A DNA stretch of 64,000 nucleotides from Amoebidium appalachense. Taxonomy: Eukaryota; Protista; Ichthyosporea. The translations under genes and the position numbers were made by a program. The notes below the pieces were generated by a model that saw only the letters and a list, made by a program, of their open reading frames with translations, made no database searches and had not been told where the DNA came from. Numbering within the stretch: the stretch's first letter is position 1; each line of letters begins with the position of its first letter. Shown here in pieces: positions 47,033 to 61,100 of the stretch. The stretch covers positions 2,755,957-2,819,956 of the forward strand of contig CAVNZM010000016.1 of the NCBI GenBank assembly GCA_963693365.1, given 5' to 3'.

Positions 47033-50000
47033 ACACACACACACACCACCACCACCTAACTTCCACATCTACCCACCAACCCGTTCCCCAACCCAACCAC
47101 ACAACCATGAGTCCCTACCCAATCTTTCACGTCCATCCCCCCCCCCCCCCCCTCCCCCCTTACTTCTTTGCAATAAAGCCCGTGTTAACTATGACCCCCC
47201 CCCCCCCCCCCCCCCTCCCCCCCCTCTCCAACATACACACACACACACACGACACGCACCCCACTCACTTAACGAGACACTTTTTTAACCCTCTCCCTCA
47301 TCCTCCCCCCCCCCCCCCCCCCCCCCCCCCTCCCCCCCTCCCCCCCCACGCCCACCCATCTGAACACTCTTCTATCCCCTGCTGCCTCCATCCAACCCCT
47401 CACCTACCCACCAACCCGATCCCCAACCACCCACACCCCATCCACCCACCCGCCCACACCGCCACCCACCCACACGCACACACACACACACATACCCACA
47501 CACACGCGCGCGCACACACACACGCTCGCACGCACCTGCACACACACACACACACCTTGTTGCACACGAGCGCGCACACACACACACAGGTGCATGCGCA
47601 CACGCATGCCACAGTACACACAAAAACATATGCACACACACCGGCCCCTACAAAGCACGCACCTTCCTCCAGATAACTAAATCAGGCATTTGATGTGCAG
47701 GACTTGAAGGCACGATCATCTAGCAATAACACATGGTCTCCAGCCAAGTCACAACGAGTTCTTGTCCGGGCAGCATGTATGCAACGGTAGGAAGGTATTC
47801 GTATTGTAAATATATGTAAGCAAGCAAATGTCTTTGTATATTTGTAGATAAATATAGTTGTATCATAGTAAGGGAATGCTGCAAGTGGGTGCGCTCTGTG
47901 TGACTAAGGTCGTTGCAGTGTATAGCATGAATGAATTGGTCGGGGATAAGCCCAGAGCCATTGCTCACACAAGGCAGGCGAATGATATTGGCAGGTATAA
48001 AATATGCAACGATGCTTCACGAGCAATTACTTGGCATCGAATTTGTAACATTTTGTAAATAAGCCATTTGGATGGTACTGTTAGCGGGAAACGGATAAAT
48101 CATGACATAGCCTGGTGCGTGCCCATACGAGAGAAATGAGAGATCCAGGCTGGCATGCGCTGCCCCCCCCCCCCCCCCCCCCCTCCCCCCCTCCCCTCCC
48201 CTCTCCCCTCCCCCGTCTCCCCTCCCGGGCCTCCCCGCACATCCCTCTCCCTTCCTCGTCCAGATCCCTCGACAGCTGCCCTGCGTGCAGAGCCGTCGAC
48301 GGCCTTTCTCGCATACGTGATGATACGGCCATAGCATCGTCTTGCTGGGTGGATCGAGGGTGTGTGTGTGTGTATTTGTATGATGGTGGATGTGGTGTGT
48401 GTGTGTTGTGGGGGGGGGGGAGGGGGGGGGGAGGGGAGAGGAAGGGGGGAGGTGTTGTGTACGCTATATAGATTTGGATGGAGATTTCAGGTGTGCACAT
48501 AATTTGAAGACTTGGTTTTTTATTTTTGACACAAACAAGGTCAAGGTGACGCGTACGGCGAGCACTGCATTCACATCTCTGTGTTCCATTTTTCGTATCA
48601 AATATGTGCACAGGATTAAAATCTAACTAACTTGTGTTGCCATAATCTGCACGGCATCTGCTTGCATCCCCTAAGATTCTTGGCTTGGATACACTGAAGT
48701 CAGTCAGTCACCATGTGATTAAAGTTGTGCATTTGAGAAGTTGAAACATTGACGTCATATGAATAAGAAGTGGGGAGGCCGCGGAAAGGAACATTGAATT
48801 CGCGTGGAAGCACAAGCAAGCCGCGCACAATAAAGCCAGCTGCTTATTGCGCTATATTCGATTCTCCGACTTTCAAACACGCCTAACTCCAAGTTACGGT
48901 TTCTAACGTTGTTGCCTCATGTACGTACATACGATACGTAGACTGAAAAGGGCCGCCTTGTTCACTGTTGGGCATTTTTGCTTCGCTCAGAGATCATCCA
49001 AACCCAATCATATCTCCTCATTCCCGCCAAAAGCCTTTCAAACCTCATTTCATATTAAGTAGTTAGCGTGATTTTTGACCAACCATTGCTCGTAAAACCA
49101 GATCCGATTACGAGCGATCCAACTTTGTCTAGTGATGACTGTCGCCTGCGGCAACGTAATAGCCGCATGGAGACAGCATTCAAAGTGACTATCGTCAGGC
49201 GGACTCGCGGAATCATAAGATCGTGCGTGGGACCCTCCAAATTTAGGAAGCGGTGTGTGCGCGCAAACTTTTTAGGACGGCTGAGCGGTCTGCTGGCATA
49301 CATCTGGCACTTTCCTCTTGGAATTTTTTTTCATGTATGAAATTACATGCAGCTGGAAAATGTCTAGACCCATATATACCATCTGAGGGGTAACGGGCGC
49401 TCGCACGAGTCGAGGCTGGCGCCGGCCAACCGTCGAATTCTGCTGCCATGCATTCCTCACTCACATACCGTCTGGGCCGTTTTTATCCGCAGGAATTCCG
49501 CCGCATACAAGATCTGTATACAGACCTGGTTGTCCAGCTGGCTGCTTGGAGCCACTGTTGAAGCTTCTACTAGGCTACTGTAAATGCGATGAGAATGGCT
49601 TTTTCGCAATGGCCATAAACTAGTAAAGATTAATCAAATTTAACATACGTATTTATATACCACTATAAAATAAAAGGCCACGTGCTGTCACCTCACCGCT
49701 AGTGACGCGGCAAACTTCCCTCAGAGTGCTTATCTTATTCGCGGATGGCTAAGGACGCAGATTCATGAGCTATGATGTCATCAGTTGATTAGGTTTCACA
49801 AAACCCCGAGAACCTCGGCCCAACGGTTGCATCTCGGAATGCTGCATGTAAGCAACACAAGTGTATATGTTTTGGTGTTTGGCACAACGAAAAAGATTTG
49901 CCACTAGCAGACTAGTACAGTATGCAGGCCTTAGACAGCATTATATTGGCTCATCCCCCTTTTTAGTGATCATCGGTTCCGAAGATCTCCGTTCTACTCA

Positions 50001-50641
50001 AGCGCTGACTTGAAAACAAAGGTAACTCGGGAACCCATGTAGGAACATCAGATCCATAATTCGTTTGTGTATTGCCATTTTCAAAGAGCCCCTCACACCT
50101 CTAGAGCCATGGCAGCCATGAAGGTTCTGCGTGGGCTTATCCACGACCTGGGACTGGAGGGCCATTTTAACCAGCAGGGCAAGTCGGCGCGTAAATCCCA
50201 ACCACCACCAGTGCACACCGTCACAGAGACTCTTAGCGATGCAAGCAGCACACCACCTCATGGCCATGCACAGCCAGTTGCTGTCCACACATACACTCAA
50301 GTCTCTTCGCGTCGGTCGTCGCAAAGCAGCAGCAGTGTGCCGACCCCCACACAGGCCACCCCTCGTCTTGCTGGCGACACACACGTCGAAAAACCCCCAG
50401 TCAGTCGCAGCTTCTTCAATGACGTCTCATCAAGCGCACGTCCAGCTCCGACCAGCTCACTGAGCGCCAAACACACACTAGAGTCGAAGGGCGAAGGAGG
50501 TCTATAAGTGCAGTCCCCTCCGCCACTCTCGAGTGCACGCCCACGGATGTCATCCGTAGGACATCTGCTACAAGCGGCCCACAACCGTTACCACGTGCCT
50601 CAAGTGCACCCGTGCATGGCGAGGGTCTCCGCAGGTCGTCA

Positions 50642-51573
50642 ATGCACGAGGTAGGCGATAGCATTAAGTCACTGCGCCACCTCTTTGGTGCCGTGTCCTG
50701 GAAGGCGACACCTGTGACGAAAGCCGACCCCATACCTGAGGTCATTGCGGCATCGACAAATGCACCCATCCCGTCCATTCAAGAATCAGTACGTTTCTCT
50801 CAGACTCCGCCTGAAGCAAGGCCCTTTGAGCCCGGCCCGCTCTCATCGTTCCTAGCACGGTTCAACATCCAGTGCGGGGCCATGGTGTATGCGCGCAACA
50901 GCGTGGTGAGTCACGTGCCCAGCCCGCTGTCTGCCTACACGTTTGAGATTCTCGAGCAGCTGCAGCTGTCCAACGCCACAGTGGCGCTGGGGCTGCTCTA
51001 CATGCACCGCCTGTGCGACCTGCAGACAGACACACCCCGTGTGGGCGACACGGCCATGTGTGGCCACTGCCTCGTGACCGTCTGCCTGCTGCTAGCTGAG
51101 AAATACCTGCAGGTAAGGAAGAGTGAGACCTGGCAAGTTTTGTGCCCGAAAACACACATGTTCTATCTATACACTGTATCCGATGATGCATTTATCTTTC
51201 TTGCTGGTGTTGAAGCCTGCGTACCACGTCAGGCAGGCCCTCCATTTAAAGCGCGTACAGTATTATAGGTTACAGAAGCACATGATTCACACAAGTCTGT
51301 GTAAGTCACCCACAGTGTCATACGAAACTCTGTGCGGCTCAAACAGTGCGCTTACATTACTTTCCCGACCCTCAGGACCACGATGCCTGCAACGAGGAGT
51401 GGGCGACCAAAGCCTGCATATCATTGGTGGAGATCAATCGGCTGGAGCGCAAAGCCCTGCAGGCATTGGACTATCGGCTGCACGCCGCAAAGGAGGAATT
51501 CGATTATTTCCTGCGCCTTTACAGAATCGACCCCCACAGGGCCCTCTGGCTGAGAATTGCTGGCTGCCAATGA
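50642..51573 (+). CDS. Cyclin of the Pho80/Pcl/CNPPD1-like family, 2 exons; N-terminus uncertain
   Basis: Exons 50642-51112 (CAG|GTAAGG) and 51376-51573 (CTCAG|GAC). Cyclin-box motifs VALGLLYMHRL, LVTVCLLLAEKYLQD..CNEEWA, SLVEINRLERKALQALDYRLH. The frame is open back to 50423, so the true start may lie upstream. Confidence 0.8.
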
Positions 51574-52272
51574 AAGTGTTCCGTTAAAATTCAACCATTA
51601 AACTGGCACACGTTACTCCCGGCGAATTTCTTGACCTTCTTTTCTGGCACCCTCAAGTTAATAAACGTTTTCTATGCGGAACCTGATAAAAATCTTAACT
51701 CATATTTATTTGGTGTACATACACTGATCGCTGCATTCTGATCTGGCTTGAGTTTAAAATTTTTTTGCAGTGTGTATGCATGAAATAGATGCCTACTGAG
51801 TATCGTGTGACCTTCCATATTAATGTGGCCGTAAATTAAAACATACAATGCGCGTGAATGCATACCCACACTATAAAGGCATGAATACAATATGCCAATG
51901 TTGTACTATGATATATTTATGGTAGCAAACAATGCACGAATGTAGATTTTAACGGACTGAAATGAGCGAATATGTCAGCTTAATATATCGATGATGACTT
52001 GTGTGCGGGTAAATCCAATATTTGTAACATTATTCATGGTCAAAGAAAAGGCACTGATTTTACAGTAGCCATTCTCAATCAAACTGTTGGCCCGCAAGCG
52101 AGGACAAAATAATGTACTGTAATGGTGCCGCTGAGGCCAAAAATATAAATAAATTGATGATAGGCCTCTATGTACTATGAAACTCGAACCATGCAACACA
52201 TCAATCATTCTTATCAGAGCCACGACCGATACTGCTCAGTCCCAGGCAGTACACAAGTAATACTATAGCGTT

Positions 52273-52308
<36 letters not shown>

Positions 52309-52563
52309 CCACCACCATCACCACCACCACCCCCTTCCGGGCAGAAGGTGAAGACCACAACAGTTACTACCCACATGTGGTCCGACCAGTGGTCCACTCA
52401 CACAGTCTGGCACACACATAGACTCTGAGACAAGTGACACGCGCACACACAACGCGACACACACGTGCGCAGAAGCGCGCACGTCTACACACACACGCCC
52501 ACATACACAGTCACAACACACACCGTCGACGGTCAACCCACGTGACACCACCATGCACACACG

Positions 52564-52624
<61 letters not shown>

Positions 52625-53172
52625 CTGCACGTCAACACACACACCCACGACAACACACGCACATGAACACACGCACAAGCGCACCATCGCAACAACCGTG
52701 AAATTCTGTGACACGTGCACGGCGTGGAGTTTTTCGAAGGCATGCTGCTGGTTTACCATGATGACCATGGTGACCACCAGGTCAAGCAACTTGCCCAACC
52801 GCGGCCCCCGGACCACCCACGTTCTATTCTCGGTTGTTGTGGGTGACTCCATCATTATTTCCCCTCCTCCCAAAGTCCCTCCCCCGCCCTTTCCCTTCCC
52901 CCCCCCCCCCCCCCCCCCCCCCCCTCCCCTCCCCCCCCCCACCACCACCATCAGAACCACCACCACCATCCCCACAGCCACCACCACACCACTGGCCCGT
53001 GTGCTGAGGGCAGAAGGACGTACCGGTGCCACGGGAGGGGGCAGGCGCCCCGCGCCCGGAGGAAGGGGGTGGTGAAGGCGGCGGAAACTTTGAGGGAGGA
53101 AGGGGGGGGGGGGGGGGAGGAGGGGGGGGGGGGGGGCAGAAAAAGAAAGAGGGGGGAAGGGGGGAGGAGGAA

Positions 53173-53203
<31 letters not shown>

Positions 53204-54852
53204 CTAGGGGGCTGGCACTGCACACGGAGTTTCCTATATATGCAGCCGCATTTCTGAGAATCATCCTCTTAGGCTGTGCATGCTGCAGCTGCCGTTTCGG
53301 ACATCACCCCAACAAGCCACGCGGAAAACAGCAAGTCCCGCCAATGGAAAAGGCACATAGTCAACAGCAAGAAATCATGCAGAAAAATATCCCTTGTCGC
53401 AAGAAACCATATCTTCTCACAGCTTTCCACATGTTCAAATCATGCTCGAAAGATCTCGTTGTAGGCTACTGCCTTCAAGCTTGTTAGGAGAAGGCGAAAA
53501 GTGCAGGTGGCCACCACGTGCGCTTTTAAATTCTCTCCACTGTAAGGGCCGGGATCGTCCGGAAAAAGGGGGAAGGAGGGGGAGGGGGGGGGGGGGGGGG
53601 GGGGAGGGGGGGGGGGGGGGGGGGGGGGGAGGGGGGAGGGGGCTGCTGCTGGGCAGCCATCTTGCACACTTCAACTGCCATTTTCCTCAATATAGTATTT
53701 TACCATGATTGTTAATGCTGTTCTTAATTTTATCGCCTTACAGTTCGCAGACACTACCGTCTTCCACTTGGCTCTGCCGATACCCCCCTTCCCACCCCCC
53801 CCCCCCCCCCCCCTTCTCTTCCCCCCTCCCCACCCCCCTCTCCCACCCCCTCCCTCCCCGCCCCCCGGGGCGCGCGGAAACACACACACCCATTCTCAGG
53901 CTTCTTCGTACAGCCCAAGAACACCCTTTGTCACAAAACTTCAACATAAAGAAATTTACCCGTTATCGTTGTCAGATGTTGCCAAATTCAACGAACCAGT
54001 CCTCTAGGCTAAGCATGCCTTTCCAGGTTTTAACTTTGAAGCTAGCAGCGCCACAAGCGCGTTCAAGTTTGTGATCTTTCTGCCGCAGATGTCCGTGGAA
54101 TTCTTTTTCCAGCTAAAATTATTTCTTTGTTCGAAACCACCACACCACCAAACAGAGATGCAAGGATTGCTACGTGGTTATTCACGGAAAAGCAGGGAAA
54201 TTTTTTGACGATGCTGTGTAACTAATTATAATACGGAAGTGGGGAAAGGGGGGGTCAGATGCACGCTTTCATACACACTGTCAGCATGAAACTCCATGAG
54301 GGTCGATTTTTAGCACAAGTTCAAGAACCTTTCTCAAGTTCTCTGGCACGTACTGACTGTGCCCTCTAGCATATGTACGATAAATCGGAGTCTATTTTTC
54401 AAGTAAGTGAGTCACGTGATCAGCCGCTCTCCGTATCGTCCGCGTCTCTTTGAAAAATAAGAGATACCACAGAAGGTTTCTTTTGTTGTAGAGGTCAAGC
54501 TCTCAAGTTCGGGACACTGCAGCTGGCCGCAAGTGCGGAAGTTGTTTCCCTGATTAGATGCTAAAACAATTCATTTATACATTTTAAACGTCCAATTGTC
54601 CCCTGCATGTTGCAGTTAATTTGCTATGGTGCACTTACTGCAGCTGTCGATTTCACCGATGATGTAACGGTTTCCAAATCAGGCGATTCTGTAGATGACG
54701 CCAACCTCTCGGAAATGCTTCTACATGTGTGCACGTGCACTCAAGTGTTGTGCACATACACGTGCACACAACAATTCACTTTGTGTCGACTAGAATTAGC
54801 CTTTTTTTTTTCGGTGGTCTTAAAGTCAATAATAGTACGTTACAGCGTTAGA

Positions 54853-56989
54853 ATGGCCAAGCAAAAGAAGAAGGCGGCGCCCACTAAGCCAATTGTAGAA
54901 GAGGGTGACTCAGACGCGTCCTTTAGCGAGGCTCTAGGAATTGGCGGTGGTAGTGAGGATGAAGCAGGTCATATGTCTGAAGATAATGTAGAGGACATGG
55001 GGGCACACTTAGAGGGTAGCGAAGAGGAGGGAGATGAGGAGGGCTATGAGAGCATGTCTGAGGGCGAGGGGGAGGATGATGACGACGAGCTGAGAAGAAA
55101 ATTCAAACTTGGCCTTCTAGCAGGCAAAACGGTCAGGGCACCACCCCCAAAGCGGGAGTTCGTAAACGATGAGGTGAGCAACGTCCTCCCGGCCATTATT
55201 TCTTTCCCCCCCCCCCCCCCCCCCCACCCACCCACCCACCCACCCACCCATCCACACACACACACACAAACACACACACACCCTCTTCCCCCCCCCCCCC
55301 CTCCCCCGGCACCCCACCCCTTTCAGTCCACACACCTACATTTTTTTTCTTTTAGTAATATTTGCGTCTCTACCTCCCATCTCCCTCCTGTTCCCAACTT
55401 CCCGGGCTCGGTTGGTGTTGTACATTATTTTAGTTTTTTCCACACTCTTCCGTGGTGCATGTCGTTCATGATTCTTGCTATTGCTTCACTGTGTGGCACC
55501 TCTATTTCTCCACCCGTGCGCTCGAACTCACGATACCCGCCTCTTGTACCTCTAACTGTACTGGAAAACACACGTTCACTGGCCCAGCCCCTCCTGCAGA
55601 CACCGTCTCCTCCCCCTCCCTCCCCGCCCCCGTCCTCCCCTTCATAACTCCGTTTTCTTTTTCCAATTTTTGTTGCTGACTCCTTATAATCTTCATCCTT
55701 ACACTTATACTTGGTTATGTCTTTCTCGTGGTGCCCTGTGCCCTTTTATGTGCATCTTTGTTCTATGCACCATTCCCGGCACACATTTCTCTCTCCTCTT
55801 TGCATCTAAAAGTGATTATATAGCCAAAGTCCCTTTTTCGCACACATCAAGAGCTTGGTTTGTTTGTGCATCAATGCTACCTTCAATCCTTCTCCCGTGT
55901 TGCTTGTCCCATGCCACTCGACTGAGTTCTTCTGCGCTTACTCCTTATCAAGCTGCTTTTAGCCGATGAAAAGCTGTTCCCTTTCATTCTCCGTCCACAT
56001 CAATTTTTTACATACTAGCACCTTTAGAGCCCTTTCTGCCTTGCATATACACCTTGCTACCGTGTCACAACACCAGTGTCCCACCATAATCCACTGCTAC
56101 CTTCAATCCTTCTCCCGTGTTGCTTGTCCCATGCCACTCGACTGAGTTCTTCTGCGCTTACTCCTTATCAAGCTGCTTTTATAGCCCATGAAAAGCTGTT
56201 CCCTTTCATTCTCCGTCCACATCAATTTTTTACATACTAGCACCTTTAGAGCCCTTTCTGCCTTGCATATACACCTTGCTACCGTGTCACAACACCAGTG
56301 TCCCACCATAATCCGCCCCCCTCTAACTATGTTGTTTTGCCTATGTGCAGGCAGGGCTGCTGCAACGGCTGGCCGAGCTGCGCTACCCAGCAGACATGCA
56401 CTGGGTGCAGCGCATGGACCTCACCAGCAGTGCCCCCATGCACGTGCAGAACGTCGAGGACGACACGGAGAGAGAGCTGGCCTTGTGAGTGTGCACACCC
56501 TGTGATGTGTGCCTGTCTGGGTGTGCATTTGTGGCTGCGTGCAACACATACACACACTGGCACACACACACGCGCGCGCACACGCACATGCGCGCACTCA
56601 CGCACACAGACATGCACACGGAGAGGAGGGGGTTGTGGTGTGTGTGTCGGGGGAGGGGGAGGGAGAAGGGGGGGGGGGGGGGGGCGGATGTGTGTGTGTG
56701 TTGGGGGAGGGTTAGTTATTTGTGAATTACACCCAAGCATGGCAATCCCTCTCATGCTTCGTGTTAACGGTGTGCCAGTATCTTTGTGTGCTCTGCTGCT
56801 TTTCCTTCCTCTTAACCTTGCCGTCTCTCTCTCTCTCTCTTTCTCTCTCTCCCTCTCTCTCCCCCTCCCCCCGCCCCCCATCCTCTCTCCGTCCCCTCCC
56901 CCCGCGCTTTCTTCTCTCTCGATCCCCCTCTTCCCCTCCCGCCCCTTTCCCCCTCTATCCCTCCCCTCACCTGCCTCCCTCCCCCCCCT

Positions 56990-57021
<32 letters not shown>

Positions 57022-58629
57022 CACTCCCCCCGTCCACCCGCCTCTCTCTCTACTCTCTCTCTCCGTCTCTGATCTGTGGACCATGATGGTGTTGGTGTTG
57101 GGATACTGTGTGTTACAGAGGCAGCAAGTCTGCACTTGTAAATTATTGGTTGGATGGAGGAAACGGGCAGAAGAAGTTGGAGTGCTGTACTGATGGGGGG
57201 GGCAGGGGAAGTTGTACGTGTGTGTGCGTATGTGTGTGTTTGGCCCCCTGCGGAGGGGGGGGGATTGGGGGAGGGGGGAGGGGCTGGGGGGGGCTTTGTT
57301 TGGGGTTTGAAACTGATCATTGCAATCCAAGAGGAGAAGACACAGGTCACGGGGGGGGGGGGGGGGGGGGGAGATAAGTGGAAAGGGTCGATGATGGTGG
57401 TGGTAGAGGTGGTGGGGACCGGGTAGGGGTGGTGGGAGCTCGAGCATGTTTGTGCTTATGTCTCTCCCTCCCTCTCTCTCTCAATCTCTCTCTCTACCCC
57501 TCTCCCTCTCTCCCTCCCTTGCGCGCGCTCTCTCTCTCTCTCTTTCTCTGCCTTTCTCCCGCCCCAACCCACCCACCCTCCCTCTGTCTCCCTCTCTCTC
57601 CCCCCCCTCCCCCTAGAGAGAGTCGTATATACGCGGGCTAAGGGGTCGAAACTCAGACGCAATTGATGACTTGGGCCCTCCCTGAGGATAGGCTCTGCTT
57701 ACGACGCATATTGTGCGCATGGCTGATGTTGCATACTTGAATATTTGCCTTTGCATGTGTCCTTCGTGTATGCATACTTCGTACCGTGTTCCGCATTCAA
57801 CCCCCCCCCCCCCCCCCCCCTCCCCCTCTCCCCCCCCCAAAAAAAAACCAAAAAAAAAAAACCACTGTCTGCTGTGTATGCCGGTTGTTACATTTCCTAC
57901 TGTGTAATCTATTTGTGTATTGTTGTCCCCATTACTGATGTCTGTGTGTTTACATAATCCCCTTTGCGCACTCACGTGTGCCTGTGTGCATTATCGCATG
58001 TGCACCATCTGCCTGCCTTCCTGCATAGCCCCCCTCCCCCCCCCCCCCCCCCCCCCCCCCCTTCCCCCGCTGTCCTCTTTGTGACCACGGCCTCTTTGCA
58101 TCCCTGCCTGTGTGTGTCCCTGCCTGTGTGTGTGTGCCTGCCTCTGTGTGTGCACCTGTGTGTGTACCCGTGCTGACATCCTTGCAGCTACCAGCAGGCG
58201 CTGGAGGCAGCAGCAGAGGGCAGGCGGCGGCTGGAGGGCTACGGCATCCCCACGACTAGGCCCGAGGACTACTTTGCTGAGATGGTCAAGACAGACGAGC
58301 ACATGAAGAAGGTCCGTGTTATTCGGAGCTACACCCCTCACCCCCCTCCCCCCCCTCGGGTACTGTGGATGACGTGGGACCCCCCTGAGGATGGGCTCTG
58401 CTTATTATGCATACTCTTTATGTATGGCTTGCATTCTGCATCGTGTTATCCGTTTTGTTCTTGTGTACTTCGTCCTTTTTGACGCATTCAAACCCCCTCC
58501 CCCCCCCCCCCCCCCCCCCCCGTGCCTGCACGCTTAAATTGTTTGATTTTGGATTTCCCACCCTTGTGACGCTTTGTTGTTGCTCTTTGTTGTCTCCTCC
58601 ATATTTCCAACCCTTTAGCGCATACATCC

Positions 58630-58663
<34 letters not shown>

Positions 58664-59237
58664 CGCTCCCGCCCCCGCCCTCCACCCCACCAAATGTGCA
58701 GCCCTCTCTGCACCCCAACCCTCCTTCTCACACGTGTTCTTTTCCTGTATCTTGCCTCCCCCTCCCCCCTCCCTCACCCTCACCCCACCCCCACCCACCC
58801 ACTCACGAACCTGCCCTCCCTCCCTTCTTCCCTTTTCTTTGCTCCCTCCCCTCCCCTTTCAAACCCAACTAGAGACCAACTTTCTGCCTCTCACACACGC
58901 TCATCTCCTGTGTTCCTTCCCTCCCCCCTCCCCCCCCTCCCCCTCCCCCCCCCTCTCTCTTCCTGCCCGCTCCCCTGCTTCCTTTTTCTTATCGAACTTC
59001 CACCTTGCCCACGGGCACGTTATCTACATGATTATTAACGTTCTTCTGCAGTGCTCGATTGGGTGCTTGGGTAAAGGTGTTCTGGGATAACGTGAGTCTG
59101 TTGGGAGGGTGCAATGAAGGAGGGGAGGGCGCTGGGGTGGAGGGGTGTGTGTGGGGGGGAGGGGGGGAGGATAGGGTTGGGCTTTTTGTGGTTCAATTTG
59201 TCTCTTCTTGGGCAAAGTCCATCTTTTTTGTTGTCGT

Positions 59238-59283
<46 letters not shown>

Positions 59284-60836
59284 GGGGGGGGGGGGGGGGG
59301 GGGGAAGGAGCGGGGAGGAGGAACGTGGGGCAGTCGTGTGCTGCGTGTATCTGTCCTTGTTGTCTCTGTGTACATATACTTTGTGCCTATGTGTGTGTGC
59401 TTGTGATGGGTTGGTGTGGGCAAGGAGGCAGGCAGGTGTGTCTTGTCAGGAGGGCAACCGGGGGGCGGGGGGGAGAGGGGAGGGGGAGGAGGGGTTTATT
59501 GTTGGTGCAACGGGGTGCTAGCTCTAGGGTTGTCAGATGTGACAGCCTTGCTACTCGTTCCTTGTTTTGTTTGTACTCCTTCGTTCCTTCCTTCCTAACT
59601 TGTTTTCTTTTCTGTTCCGTTTTCTACGGTTTATCTCCTGATTCTACTAGTATAGAGAGGGATTGTGAATGGAGGGGAGGAGGGAGGGGGATAAAGGGGA
59701 GGGTTTGTGGAGGACCTTTTGCTTCAGCAGCACAGGATATGGCACCAACTGATTATCTACATGGGATAGCAGAATACAGGGAGTTCTCTCCTTTCTTCAA
59801 ACTTGAATCACATGTATTGCCCGGTGTTGTTGTGTCCCATCTCACACCCACATTCTCGTTCCCTTCAACAGATCCGTCAAAAGCTGATTGCGGACCGGGA
59901 GGCGATTGAGCGGTCGCAGGCAGCAAAGAAGCAGCGTGAGCTGAAGAAGTTCGGCAAGCAGGTGCAGCGGAATGTGCTGGAGGAGAGGGCCAAGCAGAAG
60001 AGAGACAACATGGATGCCGTCAAGAAGCTGAGGAAGGGTGCGTGGGTGGGGGGGAGGGGCTGTGGTTGGGTTTGGGAGCGGGTTTGGGGGGGAGGGGGGG
60101 GGGGGGGATGGGGGTGGGTGGGTGGGTGGGTGGGTGGGTTTCGGCATGCGGGTGGGTTGGGGGGGGGGGGGGGGGGGGGTATTGGTGTTGTGTTTCTGTG
60201 TGTTGTGAGTGGGTGGTACGATCAGTGGGGAATGTGTGAGTGTGCGGGTGGGGCATGGGCATGGGGGCGCGGTCGTGGGTGTGGGCATCGGCGTGGGCGT
60301 GGGCGTGGGTGCAGCATTAGTGTTGGCGTCGGCTCGTGGTTGTGTACGATTGTTTGTGGGGACATGTGTGCTTGAGTGACTGCATTATGGTATGCCAAGG
60401 GGCATGTTTGAGATGGTTGGAGGAGAGGGCTTGGTGTGCACGTTTTTGGGGGGTCGTAGCAATGACTCCAAATACAGCATGCGAACCACATTTCGAAACA
60501 CCATTATACTGTTGCCTAACTCAAGCGCTTCACCCTCCTATGGCAATGTATTGACTGTATGCACATTACAGACCGTGAGAACAACCCAGGCAATCTTGAC
60601 GATGACGATGGCATGTTTGATGTGGCCGTGCAAAAGGACGATGGTGGATCAAAACGTAAGGGTGATGCACAAGATAGGTAAACATCACCCCCCGCCCTCC
60701 CCTCTCCCCCCCCCCCCCCTTCCCGAGGGGCTGCCCCGGAAGATGGGCTTCCTCTGTCCTTTCCTCACATCGCCTCTTGGATACTGTCAGCCCGGTTAGG
60801 AAAAAAGGTTTTTCTTTTCCGTTTTTTTCCTTTTTT

Positions 60837-60874
<38 letters not shown>

Positions 60875-61069
60875 CCCCTAAAAAAAAACTGTGTCCCCCT
60901 CTTTTGTTTCTGCAACGTTTACTTGTCTTGATGTTTGAATATGCCCCCTCTCACGCTTGAGCTATGATCACACACATTTCTAGTTCGTATTTTCTTTTGT
61001 TTCTCACCTGCGAATCTCTGTCCTACGTCGTGTATTTCTGATTTCTGTACTCGCTGCTGCCTCTGGACT

Positions 61070-61100
<31 letters not shown>

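Noticed and set aside
52680-53560. Protein-like minus-strand fragments between the cyclin and EBP2
   Set aside because: Interrupted by stops and homopolymers, with no motif I can assign.
54607-54852. Upstream ATG extension of EBP2 in the ORF track
   Set aside because: Promoter/UTR-like composition; MAKQKKK at 54853 fits better as the start.
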